Source of the DNA: Chitinophagaceae bacterium
Lineage (GTDB): Bacteria > Bacteroidota > Bacteroidia > Chitinophagales > Chitinophagaceae
DNA length: 64,000 bases
Reading direction: 5' to 3'
NCBI GenBank assembly: GCA_023251255.1
Contig: JAHEZD010000031.1
Span: 3,385-67,384, forward strand
In this document: positions 19,191-28,477 of the stretch, in pieces
Layout of the letters: each line of letters begins with the position of its first letter
Position numbering within the stretch: the stretch's first letter is position 1
The notes under the pieces: generated by a model
Told to the model about the DNA's origin: nothing
Seen by the model: the letters and a program-made list of their open reading frames with translations, nothing else
Databases searched by the model: none
Translations under genes and position numbers: made by a program

Positions 19191-20051
19191 ATGGCAGGAA
19201 TTTTTGGAAGGGGAGGAAACAGTTCTAAGGCTGAAATGTCTTTTATAGACCATTTAGAAGAACTGCGTAGCCATATCGTTCGAAGTGTGCTTGCAATACT
19301 CATTGTAGCTGCTGTCATATTTATTTTTCGGAACTGGATTTTCGACAATATCATCAGTGGGCCACTTAACCCGGATTTCATTACTTACAGGGCTTTGTGC
19401 AGTCTCAGCCACAAACTCCATTTAGGTGATTCATTGTGTATGCCACCCGTGGCCATCCAAATGCAGAGCAATACTTTCGGCGGTCAATTCCTAAGTGCCA
19501 TTACCTTATCGTTTGTAGGAGGAATCATTGTAGCTTTCCCGTACATTTTCTGGGAATTCTGGCGTTTTGTAAAACCAGCATTAAAAGAGAAGGAATTAAA
19601 AAATACCCGTTCGGTTATTTTTTGGGTATCCTTTTTCTTTTTTAGTGGGGCATTGTTTGGATTCTTCCTACTTGGCCCTTTTACCTTCAACTTCTTGGCA
19701 GGCTTTCAATTGGGTACCAAACATTTAATCGATACCAGACCAACACTATCGGACTATTTCGACAACCTTACCAACCTTATCTTGGGTTGCGGCATTGCTT
19801 TTGAACTTCCAGTACTTGCTTTTGTACTGACTAAGATTGGATTGATAACACCCAAACTATTGAAGACTTCTAGGAAATATGCTATTGTGATAATCCTGAT
19901 TATTGCAGCATTTATTACCCCTAGCCCTGACTGGTACAGCCAAACAATTGTGTTTGTGCCTTTGATGATCCTGTATGAATTGGGTATTGTTGTTTCAAAA
20001 AGGGCCTACAAGGATATCAAGGATGAAGATGAAATTGAAGAGTGGAGTTAG
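19191..20051 (+). CDS. tatC: twin-arginine translocase subunit TatC
   Basis: MSFIDHLEELRSHIVRSV.. plus six TM helices and a ..PSPD.. motif typical of TatC. Confidence 0.9.
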   Translation: MAGIFGRGGNSSKAEMSFIDHLEELRSHIVRSVLAILIVAAVIFIFRNWIFDNIISGPLNPDFITYRALCSLSHKLHLGDSLCMPPVAIQMQSNTFGGQFLSAITLSFVGGIIVAFPYIFWEFWRFVKPALKEKELKNTRSVIFWVSFFFFSGALFGFFLLGPFTFNFLAGFQLGTKHLIDTRPTLSDYFDNLTNLILGCGIAFELPVLAFVLTKIGLITPKLLKTSRKYAIVIILIIAAFITPSPDWYSQTIVFVPLMILYELGIVVSKRAYKDIKDEDEIEEWS

Positions 20052-20116
20052 GAAAAGCGATTATCCGTTCATACATAAGTTGTCATCCTCAATATTTGCA
20101 ACTGTAAATTTGAACC

Positions 20117-20572
20117 ATGGAAACAACATTTGATTTAACCAAGCCGGTTGCCATTGGTAGCGACCATGCAGGCTTTGAGTACAAAGAGGCCATTAAAGTT
20201 TGGCTGGAGAAAAAAGGATATGCAGTAAAGGATTTTGGCACTTTTTCCTTGGACTCTGTTGACTATCCTGATTTTGCGCATCCAGTTGCAACAAGCGTGG
20301 AAACTGGTGAAGCGTCTTTTGGCGTCCTTTTTTGTGGTAGTGCCAATGGTGTAGCCATTACAGCAAATAAACATCAAGGAGTCCGTGCAGGATTATGCTG
20401 GGAGAATGATGTGGCGAGATTGGTTCGCAGGCACAATAATGCGAACATCATTTGCATACCTGCAAGGTTTGTTGCATTGTCATTGGCAGAAGAAATGGTA
20501 GATAACTTTATTGCTACGGAATTTGAAGGTGGGCGGCATGCCAATCGTGTAAACAAGATTGCTTGTTCCTAA
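20117..20572 (+). CDS. rpiB: ribose-5-phosphate isomerase B
   Basis: IGSDHAGFEYKE...G....DFG......DYPDFA......V........G.L.CGS.NGV.I.ANK..GVRA. About 150 aa. Confidence 0.9.
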   Translation: METTFDLTKPVAIGSDHAGFEYKEAIKVWLEKKGYAVKDFGTFSLDSVDYPDFAHPVATSVETGEASFGVLFCGSANGVAITANKHQGVRAGLCWENDVARLVRRHNNANIICIPARFVALSLAEEMVDNFIATEFEGGRHANRVNKIACS

Positions 20573-20683
20573 AAAATACGGCTAAGTTTCTTCAACACTA
20601 TCCTCAAAAAACCGATGGGGCCTATTTATGTTGGCTGCCGCAATTTGGAATCTCCCAATCATATATTACGTCAATTACTGTTC

Positions 20684-22228
20684 ATGAAAAAACTACTGTT
20701 GTTCTCCCTGTCTTTTGCAGGCACCCTTGCTATAGCGCAGAAAAATAAGGATGCTGCAAAATTTGCGTCCACCATTACACAGGCAGGCTTGCGGGAAAAG
20801 CTCACGATTGTGGCCAGCGCTGAAATGGAAGGGAGGGAAACAGCTACCCCTGGACAGAAAAGGGCTGCTGTGTATATCGAAGAAAAATTCAAGAGTTTTG
20901 GGTTAAAGCCAGGCAATGGAAATAGTTATCAACAGGTTTATCCTGTTTTTCAGGATGAACTGAAAGAAGCTAAGCTTACTTTGTATAACCTGTCTTTTGA
21001 TTTTGACAAACACTTTTCCGTATCGCTGAACGGTGCCATAAATGGTAGCTGGAACCTAAAAGACATTGCCTTTGTTTCTTATGGTATTGTTGATTCCACT
21101 CGGAACGATTATAAAGGCATTGATGTAAAAGGCAAGTGGGTAATGTTGTTGGATATTTCCCCCGCTGATATAGAAAAAGGAGAAGGTTTTACCCCGACAA
21201 ACTCCCGTTTTGGTGGCGGTGGGCTGAATGCCAAAATAAGCACGGCCCGTAAAAATGGTGCAGTTGGAATTATCATTGTTTCCAAAAGTTTCAATGCCGA
21301 TAATAGGCCTGCCGCAAACCGTACTGGCAATATGTACATGAAAAAGGAAGGGGCACAGGGAAATACTTCCCCTATTATTTCTGTTTCCTATCAAGCTGCC
21401 GCATCATTGCTTACGAAAATGCTTCCTACTTATACAAGTTTGAAGGATGTGAATACTGGTATATATGCCACCAATGCAAATATCAGTATCAATAAATCTA
21501 CCAATAATTTGGAAAGCAGCAATGTAATGGGCTTATTGGAAGGAACTGACAAGAAGGATGAGTACGTTATTTTAACTGGCCACTACGATCACTTGGGCAT
21601 GAGAAATGGTGTTATTTACTATGGTGCAGATGATGATGGAAGCGGCACGGTAAGTGTTCTTCAAATGGCTGAAGCTTTTTCCGAAGCAAAGAAAAAAGGC
21701 AAAGGGCCACGCCGCAGCATCTTGTTCATGACAGTGAGTGGTGAGGAAAAAGGTTTGTGGGGAAGTGACTATTATGCATCGCATCCGGTTTATCCTTTGG
21801 GAAAAACGACCGTTGACCTGAACACCGATATGGTTGGTAGGATTGACCCAGCTTACAAAGGGGATAGCATGAACTATGTATATGCCATTGGGGAAGACAA
21901 ATTGAGCAGCGACCTCCAAAAAATTACGGACTCCATAAATGTTACTGCGAAACTTGAACTGGACAGAAGGTATAATGATCCTAAGGATCCTAACCGTTTT
22001 TATTACAGGAGCGATCATTACAATTTTGCAAAGAATGGGGTACCCATTATTTTCTACTTTGATGGTGTGCACAAAGATTATCACCGCCCAACGGATACTG
22101 TTGAGAAAATCAATTTCGATTTGATGGAGAAACGCGTCCGCTTGATATTCAACACTGCATGGGTCATGGCCAATAGGGAGGAAATGCTGAAAAGGGATTT
22201 ACCATTGAACATGCCTACTACGAGATAA
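20684..22228 (+). CDS. secreted M28 family metallopeptidase with PA domain
   Basis: The ATG at 20684 gives the signal peptide MKKLLLFSLSFAGTLAIAQ. GHYDHLG, GADDDGSG, SGEEKGLWGS and YHRPTD are the M28 zinc-ligand motifs. Confidence 0.85.
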   Translation: MKKLLLFSLSFAGTLAIAQKNKDAAKFASTITQAGLREKLTIVASAEMEGRETATPGQKRAAVYIEEKFKSFGLKPGNGNSYQQVYPVFQDELKEAKLTLYNLSFDFDKHFSVSLNGAINGSWNLKDIAFVSYGIVDSTRNDYKGIDVKGKWVMLLDISPADIEKGEGFTPTNSRFGGGGLNAKISTARKNGAVGIIIVSKSFNADNRPAANRTGNMYMKKEGAQGNTSPIISVSYQAAASLLTKMLPTYTSLKDVNTGIYATNANISINKSTNNLESSNVMGLLEGTDKKDEYVILTGHYDHLGMRNGVIYYGADDDGSGTVSVLQMAEAFSEAKKKGKGPRRSILFMTVSGEEKGLWGSDYYASHPVYPLGKTTVDLNTDMVGRIDPAYKGDSMNYVYAIGEDKLSSDLQKITDSINVTAKLELDRRYNDPKDPNRFYYRSDHYNFAKNGVPIIFYFDGVHKDYHRPTDTVEKINFDLMEKRVRLIFNTAWVMANREEMLKRDLPLNMPTTR

Positions 22229-22237
22229 GGGAGACTG

Positions 22238-22259
22238 GGAATTAGGAGTTTGGAATTAG
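22238..22259. repeat. third copy of the GGAATTRGG..TTTGGAATT repeat seen flanking the four-helix-bundle cassette
   Basis: GGAATTAGGAGTTTGGAATTAG matches the complement of 31884-31905 at 19/22 positions. It lies in a nearly C-free tract 10 nt after the M28 stop. Confidence 0.6.
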
Positions 22260-22261
22260 CC

Positions 22262-22309
22262 ATATAGGGAAGGGGCTGTTTCAGTCATGAAACAGCCCCT
22301 TCCCTATAT
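22262..22309. terminator. 22-bp perfect hairpin between convergent genes (likely bidirectional terminator)
   Basis: ATATAGGGAAGGGGCTGTTTCA (22262-22283), loop GTCA, TGAAACAGCCCCTTCCCTATAT (22288-22309). Perfect complementarity. Confidence 0.6.
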
Positions 22310-22395
22310 AGTTTAAAATCTTTTTGTTAGCCAAACTTCAAGTTTGCTTATATATTCACTTCTCCATGTTCCCTAATCCCCCCTAACTACTGTTC

Positions 22396-23055
22396 CTAGT
22401 TCCAACTTGCCAATACTGTTACCCCACCCTTTACTACTTCATTCAACTGCACATTGATTTTGGTGCCTATTGGCAGTAGTATATCCACGCGGCTACCGAA
22501 TTTGATGAATCCATATTCATCACACTGTTTCACTTGCTGGCCTACACTTGTATAATTACAAATCCTTTTTGCTAATGCACCAGCAATTTGCTTGTACAAA
22601 ATGGTACCGTGATTGTTCTTCACGGCTACGCTCCATCTTTCATTTTCAGTGGAACTTTTTGGGTGCCAAGCCACTAGGAACTTGCCTTTGTGGTACTGGT
22701 TGTAAATTACTTCTCCATCCATTGGGTTACGGTTTACATGCACGTTAGCTGGGCTCATGAACACGCTAACCTGTATACGTTTGTCCTTGAAATACTCCAC
22801 ATCAACTGTTTCTTCAATCACCACTACTTTGCCATCCGCAGGGCAAATGATTTTATTGCCATCAATGGTCAATGTTCTGTTGGGGATACGGAAAAAGGAA
22901 ATCAGGAAAAGCCAAAGCCCAAATGTGACAATAAAAATAACCAATGCCAACCATGGCATGGAATTGCTGAAAAAGTAAAAAGAAGCCACATTCAGCAAAC
23001 CAAAAACAAGTGCACTGATTCCAATAGTCTGGTAACCTTCCCTATGTATAGTCAT
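22396..23055 (-). CDS. psd: phosphatidylserine decarboxylase (short Bacteroidota-type proenzyme)
   Basis: N-terminal TM helices. ..FMSP.NVH.NR.P..G... and the FGSRVD self-cleavage-type motif. Adjacent to cdsA. Confidence 0.85.
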   Translation of the reverse strand: MTIHREGYQTIGISALVFGLLNVASFYFFSNSMPWLALVIFIVTFGLWLFLISFFRIPNRTLTIDGNKIICPADGKVVVIEETVDVEYFKDKRIQVSVFMSPANVHVNRNPMDGEVIYNQYHKGKFLVAWHPKSSTENERWSVAVKNNHGTILYKQIAGALAKRICNYTSVGQQVKQCDEYGFIKFGSRVDILLPIGTKINVQLNEVVKGGVTVLASWN

Positions 23056-23205
23056 GTAATTAATTTGAGCAGCAAATATAGAAAGGTTTGCCTTTTAAAG
23101 ATTTCGCAAAAAACAAGGGTAATTCAGGTGCTTTGTTAGAAAAGGATAGAATATAAGGCTGCTGTGGAACCTATCATTCCGACTTGAAAGTCTAGGCTGG
23201 CCCTT

Positions 23206-24114
23206 TTACAAAAACAATTTCAAGTACAACCAAATAAAAGGCGTTGCCAATAATAGGGAATCAAACCTATCCAAAAATCCTCCATGTCCGGGCATAATTG
23301 AACCACTGTCTTTTACATTGGCCATACGTTTGAGCTTACTTTCCAATAAATCACCCAATGTGCCGATGACGGCTGCTATAGCCGCAATCACATACCAATG
23401 AACGGGGGTTTTAAATGCCGGGTTGAAGAATCCCTTCGTATAATGATTGATGAAGATGGGGGCAGTTAATCCAACCACTGTTATTGCAAGTATTGCCCCA
23501 CCAATTGTTCCTTCCCAAGTCTTCTTTGGGGAGATTTTCGAAAATGGCGTTTTGCCAATAAATGAACCAACTATATAAGCCATGGTGTCGTTAATCCAAA
23601 TGGAAGCAACAATAATTACAGGAATCAACCAGCCTAGGTCCAGAGATAGCATAGTTCCTTTAAACCCCATTTCACTATTCCTAATGTCCATCATCAGACC
23701 CCAACTCAAGGAAATATACACCAATCCAAAAACGGAATGGGCCGTGTTCTTCATACCGTGCTTCTTGCCAAACAGTACTTCTGTTATGGGCAGGGCAATA
23801 GCAAAAATGAGTACCAGGCACCAACCAATTTCATGCAGCTTGAAGCCGAAGAGGGTATAGGCATTGTTCAGCATCCATAGCATAAAACCATAGCCTGCTA
23901 CTACTACACCGTATTTATGAAAAGGGGATATTTCCAAATAACCTTTATCAATCTTGCCAATTAGTTTTTGGTACTCGAACCAGCAGCCAAAATGAATTAT
24001 TGTGAAGAGTAAGAAAAATGTCCAATGATTGATTAAGAGACCAGCCAGCATCACTGCCGCAAAGATGATAGCTGTTAATGCCCTTGTTTTAAATACTTGT
24101 AAGTTGAAAGCCAT
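23206..24114 (-). CDS. cdsA: phosphatidate cytidylyltransferase
   Basis: Polytopic membrane protein with SPKKTWEG..GG and ..K.SG...PGHGG.LDR.DS, the CdsA signature. Confidence 0.9.
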   Translation of the reverse strand: MAFNLQVFKTRALTAIIFAAVMLAGLLINHWTFFLLFTIIHFGCWFEYQKLIGKIDKGYLEISPFHKYGVVVAGYGFMLWMLNNAYTLFGFKLHEIGWCLVLIFAIALPITEVLFGKKHGMKNTAHSVFGLVYISLSWGLMMDIRNSEMGFKGTMLSLDLGWLIPVIIVASIWINDTMAYIVGSFIGKTPFSKISPKKTWEGTIGGAILAITVVGLTAPIFINHYTKGFFNPAFKTPVHWYVIAAIAAVIGTLGDLLESKLKRMANVKDSGSIMPGHGGFLDRFDSLLLATPFIWLYLKLFL

Positions 24115-24212
24115 GAATGAAAGCTTGATGTAACTGCAAGATAATTGGAATTGGTCAATGGTCGGCAGTCCTAGTGGTTGCCATCATCCGTTCCTTTCAA
24201 AATCATCCTTCA

Positions 24213-25160
24213 TTAAGGTATTAGAGTGTCATCCATTGGAAGCTCTATCGGCCTTATCCTTTCGCTTTCCTTCCTGAATCTTTTAAACAGGGAAATCAGT
24301 ACAAAAATGGTAAAGGGTATCCACATATAAAGTACTGGGGAAGCCTTGGAAGCCATTTTATCTGCTTCTGCCACTGTCTTCCCTTCAAGGCTCATCCGGT
24401 AATAAATGGTCACAATAATAGCGTTATTGAAAAAGTGCAGGGCAATGTTCAACCAGATATTCCTCCCAAAATAAAACACGAAACCAAGTATGATGCTCAA
24501 TGCCACCCTGGGCAAAAAGCCAAAGAAAGAAAAATGAATGGCGCTGAAAAGGATACTGGTTACCAATATGGCCACCCAAGGCTTCTTGAACCAGCCCATA
24601 AATACCTGCTGGAAACCGCCACGGAAAAGCACTTCCTCAAAAATGGCCGGGCATAGTGCAATCACCAATAGGGAAATTAGGTAGCCTTTCACATCCTTCA
24701 TGCTGGCCATTACGGCCACGGTGTCACTGTACTCTTTTTCAAAGGCTTTTGCTTTGGCTAACCATTTTGCAGGTAGGGGTATCAGTTCGTTCAGTTCCCC
24801 CAAAGCCTGGCTTAGAATCATTGCACCAAGGGTCATTAGCAGTACAAAAAATATTTGCTTACCTGTAAGCAGGTCATTGAAGCCCAATTGTGTAAAAGGC
24901 TTCCGACTAATGATGACTGCCAATATAAAAGAAGGTAGAAAGAAACTGAAGGCCGAGTAACAGACATTCAGCCACCTTACAAAATCAGCATTGGCTGGAT
25001 TGTTCATAGCTAGTTGCACGTCTTTAAAAGGTACATGCAGGTAATTGGATGCTATGAATGCTGCCGCAACCCCTCCTGTAACCATGAGTATGCCAAATAC
25101 GCCAAGCAATATGGCAAATTGTGATACATAATTCAATGGTATGCGTTGATGTATGTTCAT
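24213..25160 (-). CDS. CPBP family intramembrane glutamic endopeptidase (CAAX protease-like)
   Basis: EEVLFRG, ..SAIHF.. and ..HFFNN motifs in a multi-TM protein. Confidence 0.8.
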   Translation of the reverse strand: MNIHQRIPLNYVSQFAILLGVFGILMVTGGVAAAFIASNYLHVPFKDVQLAMNNPANADFVRWLNVCYSAFSFFLPSFILAVIISRKPFTQLGFNDLLTGKQIFFVLLMTLGAMILSQALGELNELIPLPAKWLAKAKAFEKEYSDTVAVMASMKDVKGYLISLLVIALCPAIFEEVLFRGGFQQVFMGWFKKPWVAILVTSILFSAIHFSFFGFLPRVALSIILGFVFYFGRNIWLNIALHFFNNAIIVTIYYRMSLEGKTVAEADKMASKASPVLYMWIPFTIFVLISLFKRFRKESERIRPIELPMDDTLIP

Positions 25161-25335
25161 GAAAGATTAGAATGTATTTTTGCGGCGAAGATACGTTTGT
25201 TGCAAGTTGGATGCGGGTCGTTTGATAGATGGCCGAAAAAGCTGTTCAATGAACGGTGCGCCTCGAAAAATCGGGACGAGCTGAGCCAGTAGTGCCTACT
25301 TGGAATGGCCCTGCTGGTTACCTAAAACATAAATT

Positions 25336-26373
25336 ATGGTAAAGATTGACACGATAGAACTCCCGGATTCCCCCTTATTGCTGGCACCCATGGAAGATGT
25401 GAGCGATCCACCTTTCAGGGCGGTATGCAAGGACCAAGGTGCTGATTTGATGTACACTGAGTTCATCAGCAGCGAGGGCCTGATACGTGATGCCATTAAA
25501 AGCCGTAAAAAGCTGGACATATTTGATTATGAACGTCCTGTGGGCATACAGATTTTTGGTGGTGATGAAGACAGTTTGGCCATGGCTGCCAAGATTGTGG
25601 ATGTGACCAATCCCGATTTGCTGGATATCAATTTTGGTTGTCCCGTAAAAAAAGTGGCCTTGAAAGGTGCTGGTGCTGGTGTGCTGAAAGATGTAGACCT
25701 GATGGTCCGACTGACCGATGCAGTGGTTAAGGCCACCAAGCTTCCGGTGACCGTGAAGACACGTTTAGGTTGGGACGACAATACCAAGAATATTGAAGAA
25801 GTTGCTGAACGGTTACAAGATGTGGGTATTAAGGCCTTGGCCATTCACGGACGTACCAGGAGCCAGATGTACAAGGGAGAAGCAGATTGGACCCTGATTG
25901 AGAAAGTGAAAAACAACCCCCGCATACAGATACCCATTTTTGGCAATGGCGATATTGACAGCCCGCAGAAAGCAAAACTGTACAAGCAACGCTATGGTGT
26001 GGACGGCATCATGATTGGCCGCGCGGCCATTGGTTATCCTTGGATCTTCAGGGAAATCAAACACTTTGTGCAAACTGGTGAAGAACTTGCTCCACCCACA
26101 TTGGAAGAACGTGTAGAAGTGTGCAAGAAACATTTGATCAAATCCGTGGAATGGAAAGGCCCCATTGTTGGCATTTTTGAAATGCGTAGGCACTATGCCA
26201 ATTATCTGCGTGGACTGCCTAATATAAAGGAGTTCCGTGGCAGATTGGTAACCTTGATGGAAACTGAAGAAGTAATTGAGGTGCTTGATGAACTATATAA
26301 CTATTACAAGGGTTTTGAAATAGAGCGAACTCCTATTGAGCTGATCAATTACCATGAGAAGTGCCCCGTGTAG
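25336..26373 (+). CDS. dusB: tRNA-dihydrouridine synthase
   Basis: LAPMEDVSDPPFR...IQIFG...DINFGCP..KV...GAG..L.....HGRT motifs of the Dus family. Confidence 0.9.
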   Translation: MVKIDTIELPDSPLLLAPMEDVSDPPFRAVCKDQGADLMYTEFISSEGLIRDAIKSRKKLDIFDYERPVGIQIFGGDEDSLAMAAKIVDVTNPDLLDINFGCPVKKVALKGAGAGVLKDVDLMVRLTDAVVKATKLPVTVKTRLGWDDNTKNIEEVAERLQDVGIKALAIHGRTRSQMYKGEADWTLIEKVKNNPRIQIPIFGNGDIDSPQKAKLYKQRYGVDGIMIGRAAIGYPWIFREIKHFVQTGEELAPPTLEERVEVCKKHLIKSVEWKGPIVGIFEMRRHYANYLRGLPNIKEFRGRLVTLMETEEVIEVLDELYNYYKGFEIERTPIELINYHEKCPV

Positions 26374-26400
26374 TATTTTAATGACCAATCATTGCTTTAC

Positions 26401-26430
26401 TGGAATAACTCTAACCCTATAGTTATTCCA
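26401..26430 (+). terminator. hairpin 28 nt downstream of dusB
   Basis: TGGAATAACT (26401-26410) / AGTTATTCCA (26421-26430), a 10-bp perfect stem with a 10-nt loop. There is no clear U-tract. Confidence 0.4.
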
Positions 26431-26580
26431 ATAATGTTTCGCAGATTTTGCCTTAACAACCAATTCATGCTTCAAGCTCATTAAATGGCAGTGTTACGGC
26501 GCCTATCCCCCTTCATTAACTTTCTTCTAACATTAGTAATAGTGAAATCAGTTGCTTTTGATTGATAATCAATTTCGTTT

Positions 26581-26630
26581 GGCATAATCATACTTGGCAT
26601 AAAAAAATAAATGACAAGTATGATTATGCC
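26581..26630. repeat. 16-bp perfect inverted repeat with 18-nt A-rich spacer
   Basis: GGCATAATCATACTTG (26581-26596) / CAAGTATGATTATGCC (26615-26630). Confidence 0.7.
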
Positions 26631-26791
26631 AACCCTGTCAATAATAGTTCTGTCATGAAAAAATAATTGACAGCGTTATTGCTGACAGTTTTTACGGGAA
26701 TCTTTTGAATTCGGGGCAAGATCACATTCTAATAACAATTAAGTAATGGTTGCTTGTTTTTTAGGTAATAGGCTATTGACAATTTGCTTCC

Positions 26792-27130
26792 ATGAGAATC
26801 TTAATAGCCATTCTATTGCTAACAGGCATCATTGTTTCCTTCAAAAAAGCGACCGATAAACCTATTAGCCCAAAAGCAGCCCATCGAAAAATCATTGCTT
26901 CATTAAGGGAGCAAGAGGGCATTGTGAGGAATATTGGCAGTAAGGAAAACCCTATTTACATGATCCGGTATGATGATGGGTATATGAACCTGTTACCTGA
27001 CAATCTTCCTAGTAGTTTCAAAAAAGATAGCTTACCCGTTATTTTTAGTGGGGATATGAAAGAAATGAGTCCCATGGAAGATGAAATGGGGCAGTATTTT
27101 GTAGTGAATGCTATTTCGGTTTTGAAATAG
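26792..27130 (+). CDS. hypothetical N-terminally anchored protein
   Basis: ORF with an N-terminal hydrophobic helix MRILIAILLLTGIIVSF. No recognisable motif. Confidence 0.4.
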   Translation: MRILIAILLLTGIIVSFKKATDKPISPKAAHRKIIASLREQEGIVRNIGSKENPIYMIRYDDGYMNLLPDNLPSSFKKDSLPVIFSGDMKEMSPMEDEMGQYFVVNAISVLK

Positions 27131-27173
27131 TTCTTTCTTTTCCGATAGGGGAGCCTTCAAGGAATTATAAGAG

Positions 27174-27713
27174 TCAGGATTCAAATACTCGCTTCACATC
27201 AAAATCAATGACACAGGTTTCATTGATAGTAAAAGTGTAGGGAGCAAAAATCTGTTTGTATTTATTGTCTATCAATTCAAAAATCTCAATAGAATTGTTG
27301 TCCGGCTCGGCCATTAAATAATATTTCACCCCACAAAATTCATAGAGGTTAAACTTGGTGTTCCTGTCTTTTAACTGGGTGGATTTTGAAGAAATCTCCA
27401 CAATTAAAGAAGGAGTTGTTTGAATGTGGCTGTTAGGGTCAATATTGCCACAAACAATGGAAATATCCGGACGAACAATATTGGTTTCGTTAATAATCCA
27501 ATCCTGTCCATAAAGCACCTTACAATTGCAGCTTAATTTATTTTCGCGAAGTGCCATATTTAAATAAGTAAGTAAATCAGCACCCATTAATTGATGCTTA
27601 TTCAAGGGTGAAGGACTCATGGAAACTGGATTTCCTTTAATCAGTTCCCAATCTCCTTCCCATAACTTTCAGTCGTTAATGGTATACGTAGGTATGTATA
27701 AATCTGGTATCAT
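27174..27713 (-). pseudogene. Uma2 (DUF820) family endonuclease gene interrupted by an in-frame TGA
   Basis: The ATG at 27713 opens MIPDLYIPTYTIND. An in-frame TGA follows at 27669-27671, and the same frame then continues KLWEGDWELIKGNPVSMSPSPLNKHQ...RPDISIV...PSLIVEISSKST..KDRNTKFNLYEFCGVKYYLMAEP. This is Uma2-like throughout and about 180 codons in total. Confidence 0.65.
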
Positions 27714-27734
27714 ACTGATTCAAATTTATGCAAA

Positions 27735-28325
27735 TTATTTCGTTTCATTCCATGTCCTGTAACTCGGGTACTGCGCTTTGTATGTCGCTGGAATTTCCCT
27801 CAAAGGTTCCACTTCCTTCCAGCTATCAAACATGGTTTTTGGTAATTGCTGGTAAAGTTTTGTGCCGGCGGTTTTCCAGGATATCATTTCATCGCTTACC
27901 TCTTTTATTTTTTTTGCAGGGTTGCCCACAATTAAGCTCCTTGATTCAAAATGTTCATTTACTTTAATAAAACTCAATGCGCCAACAATGCACTCATCGC
28001 CCAGCACCACATTGTCCATAATTACCGCATTCATTCCTACCAAACAATTACTGCCGATGGTGGCCCCATGTATTACTGCTCCATGACCAATATGCGCAGC
28101 TTCCCTCAATACAACAGTGGTACCTGGAAACATGTGAATGGTACAATTTTCCTGCACATTGCAGCCATCTTCAATAATAACCTGTCCCCAATCGCCACGT
28201 ATAGCGGCTCCTGGGCCAATGTACACATCCTTGCCAATGATTACATTTCCGGTAACACTTGCTTGTGGATGGACGAAGGATGATTCGTGAATGACGGGGA
28301 TGAAATTGTTGAATGCGTAAATCAT
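27735..28325 (-). CDS. paaY: phenylacetic acid degradation protein PaaY (hexapeptide-repeat, gamma-carbonic-anhydrase-like)
   Basis: Left-handed beta-helix repeats (..VIIGKDVYIGPGAAIRGD.G.V.I..G.NVQ..C..H) in 196 aa. Located at the edge of the paa cluster. Confidence 0.75.
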   Translation of the reverse strand: MIYAFNNFIPVIHESSFVHPQASVTGNVIIGKDVYIGPGAAIRGDWGQVIIEDGCNVQENCTIHMFPGTTVVLREAAHIGHGAVIHGATIGSNCLVGMNAVIMDNVVLGDECIVGALSFIKVNEHFESRSLIVGNPAKKIKEVSDEMISWKTAGTKLYQQLPKTMFDSWKEVEPLREIPATYKAQYPSYRTWNETK

Positions 28326-28477
28326 TGTCTTCTTGATTGTAAAATTTAAAGATAGTGCTGTCCTGCTTCAATAAAAACAATCAATTGTACTTTGATTCCC
28401 AATTGCGTAACTGGCTATTCCCGAATTTACAAGTGACAATCTGGTGACACGGATAGTTTCGTGACTAATAGAAGAAT

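Noticed and set aside
25161-25335. A relatively GC-rich divergent spacer between the CPBP protease gene and dusB, considered as a possible ncRNA or gene remnant.
   Set aside because: I found no stable long stem, no convincing reading frame and no known motif. It is most simply a shared promoter region.
27669-27671. The in-frame TGA of the Uma2 gene read as selenocysteine, or as evidence of a reassigned genetic code (TGA = Trp or Gly).
   Set aside because: TGA clearly terminates other well-defined genes in the window, for example the CNNM gene at 14908-14910, the GT2 gene at 41388-41390 and the ArsR gene at 39496-39498. No SECIS-like hairpin is evident next to the TGA.
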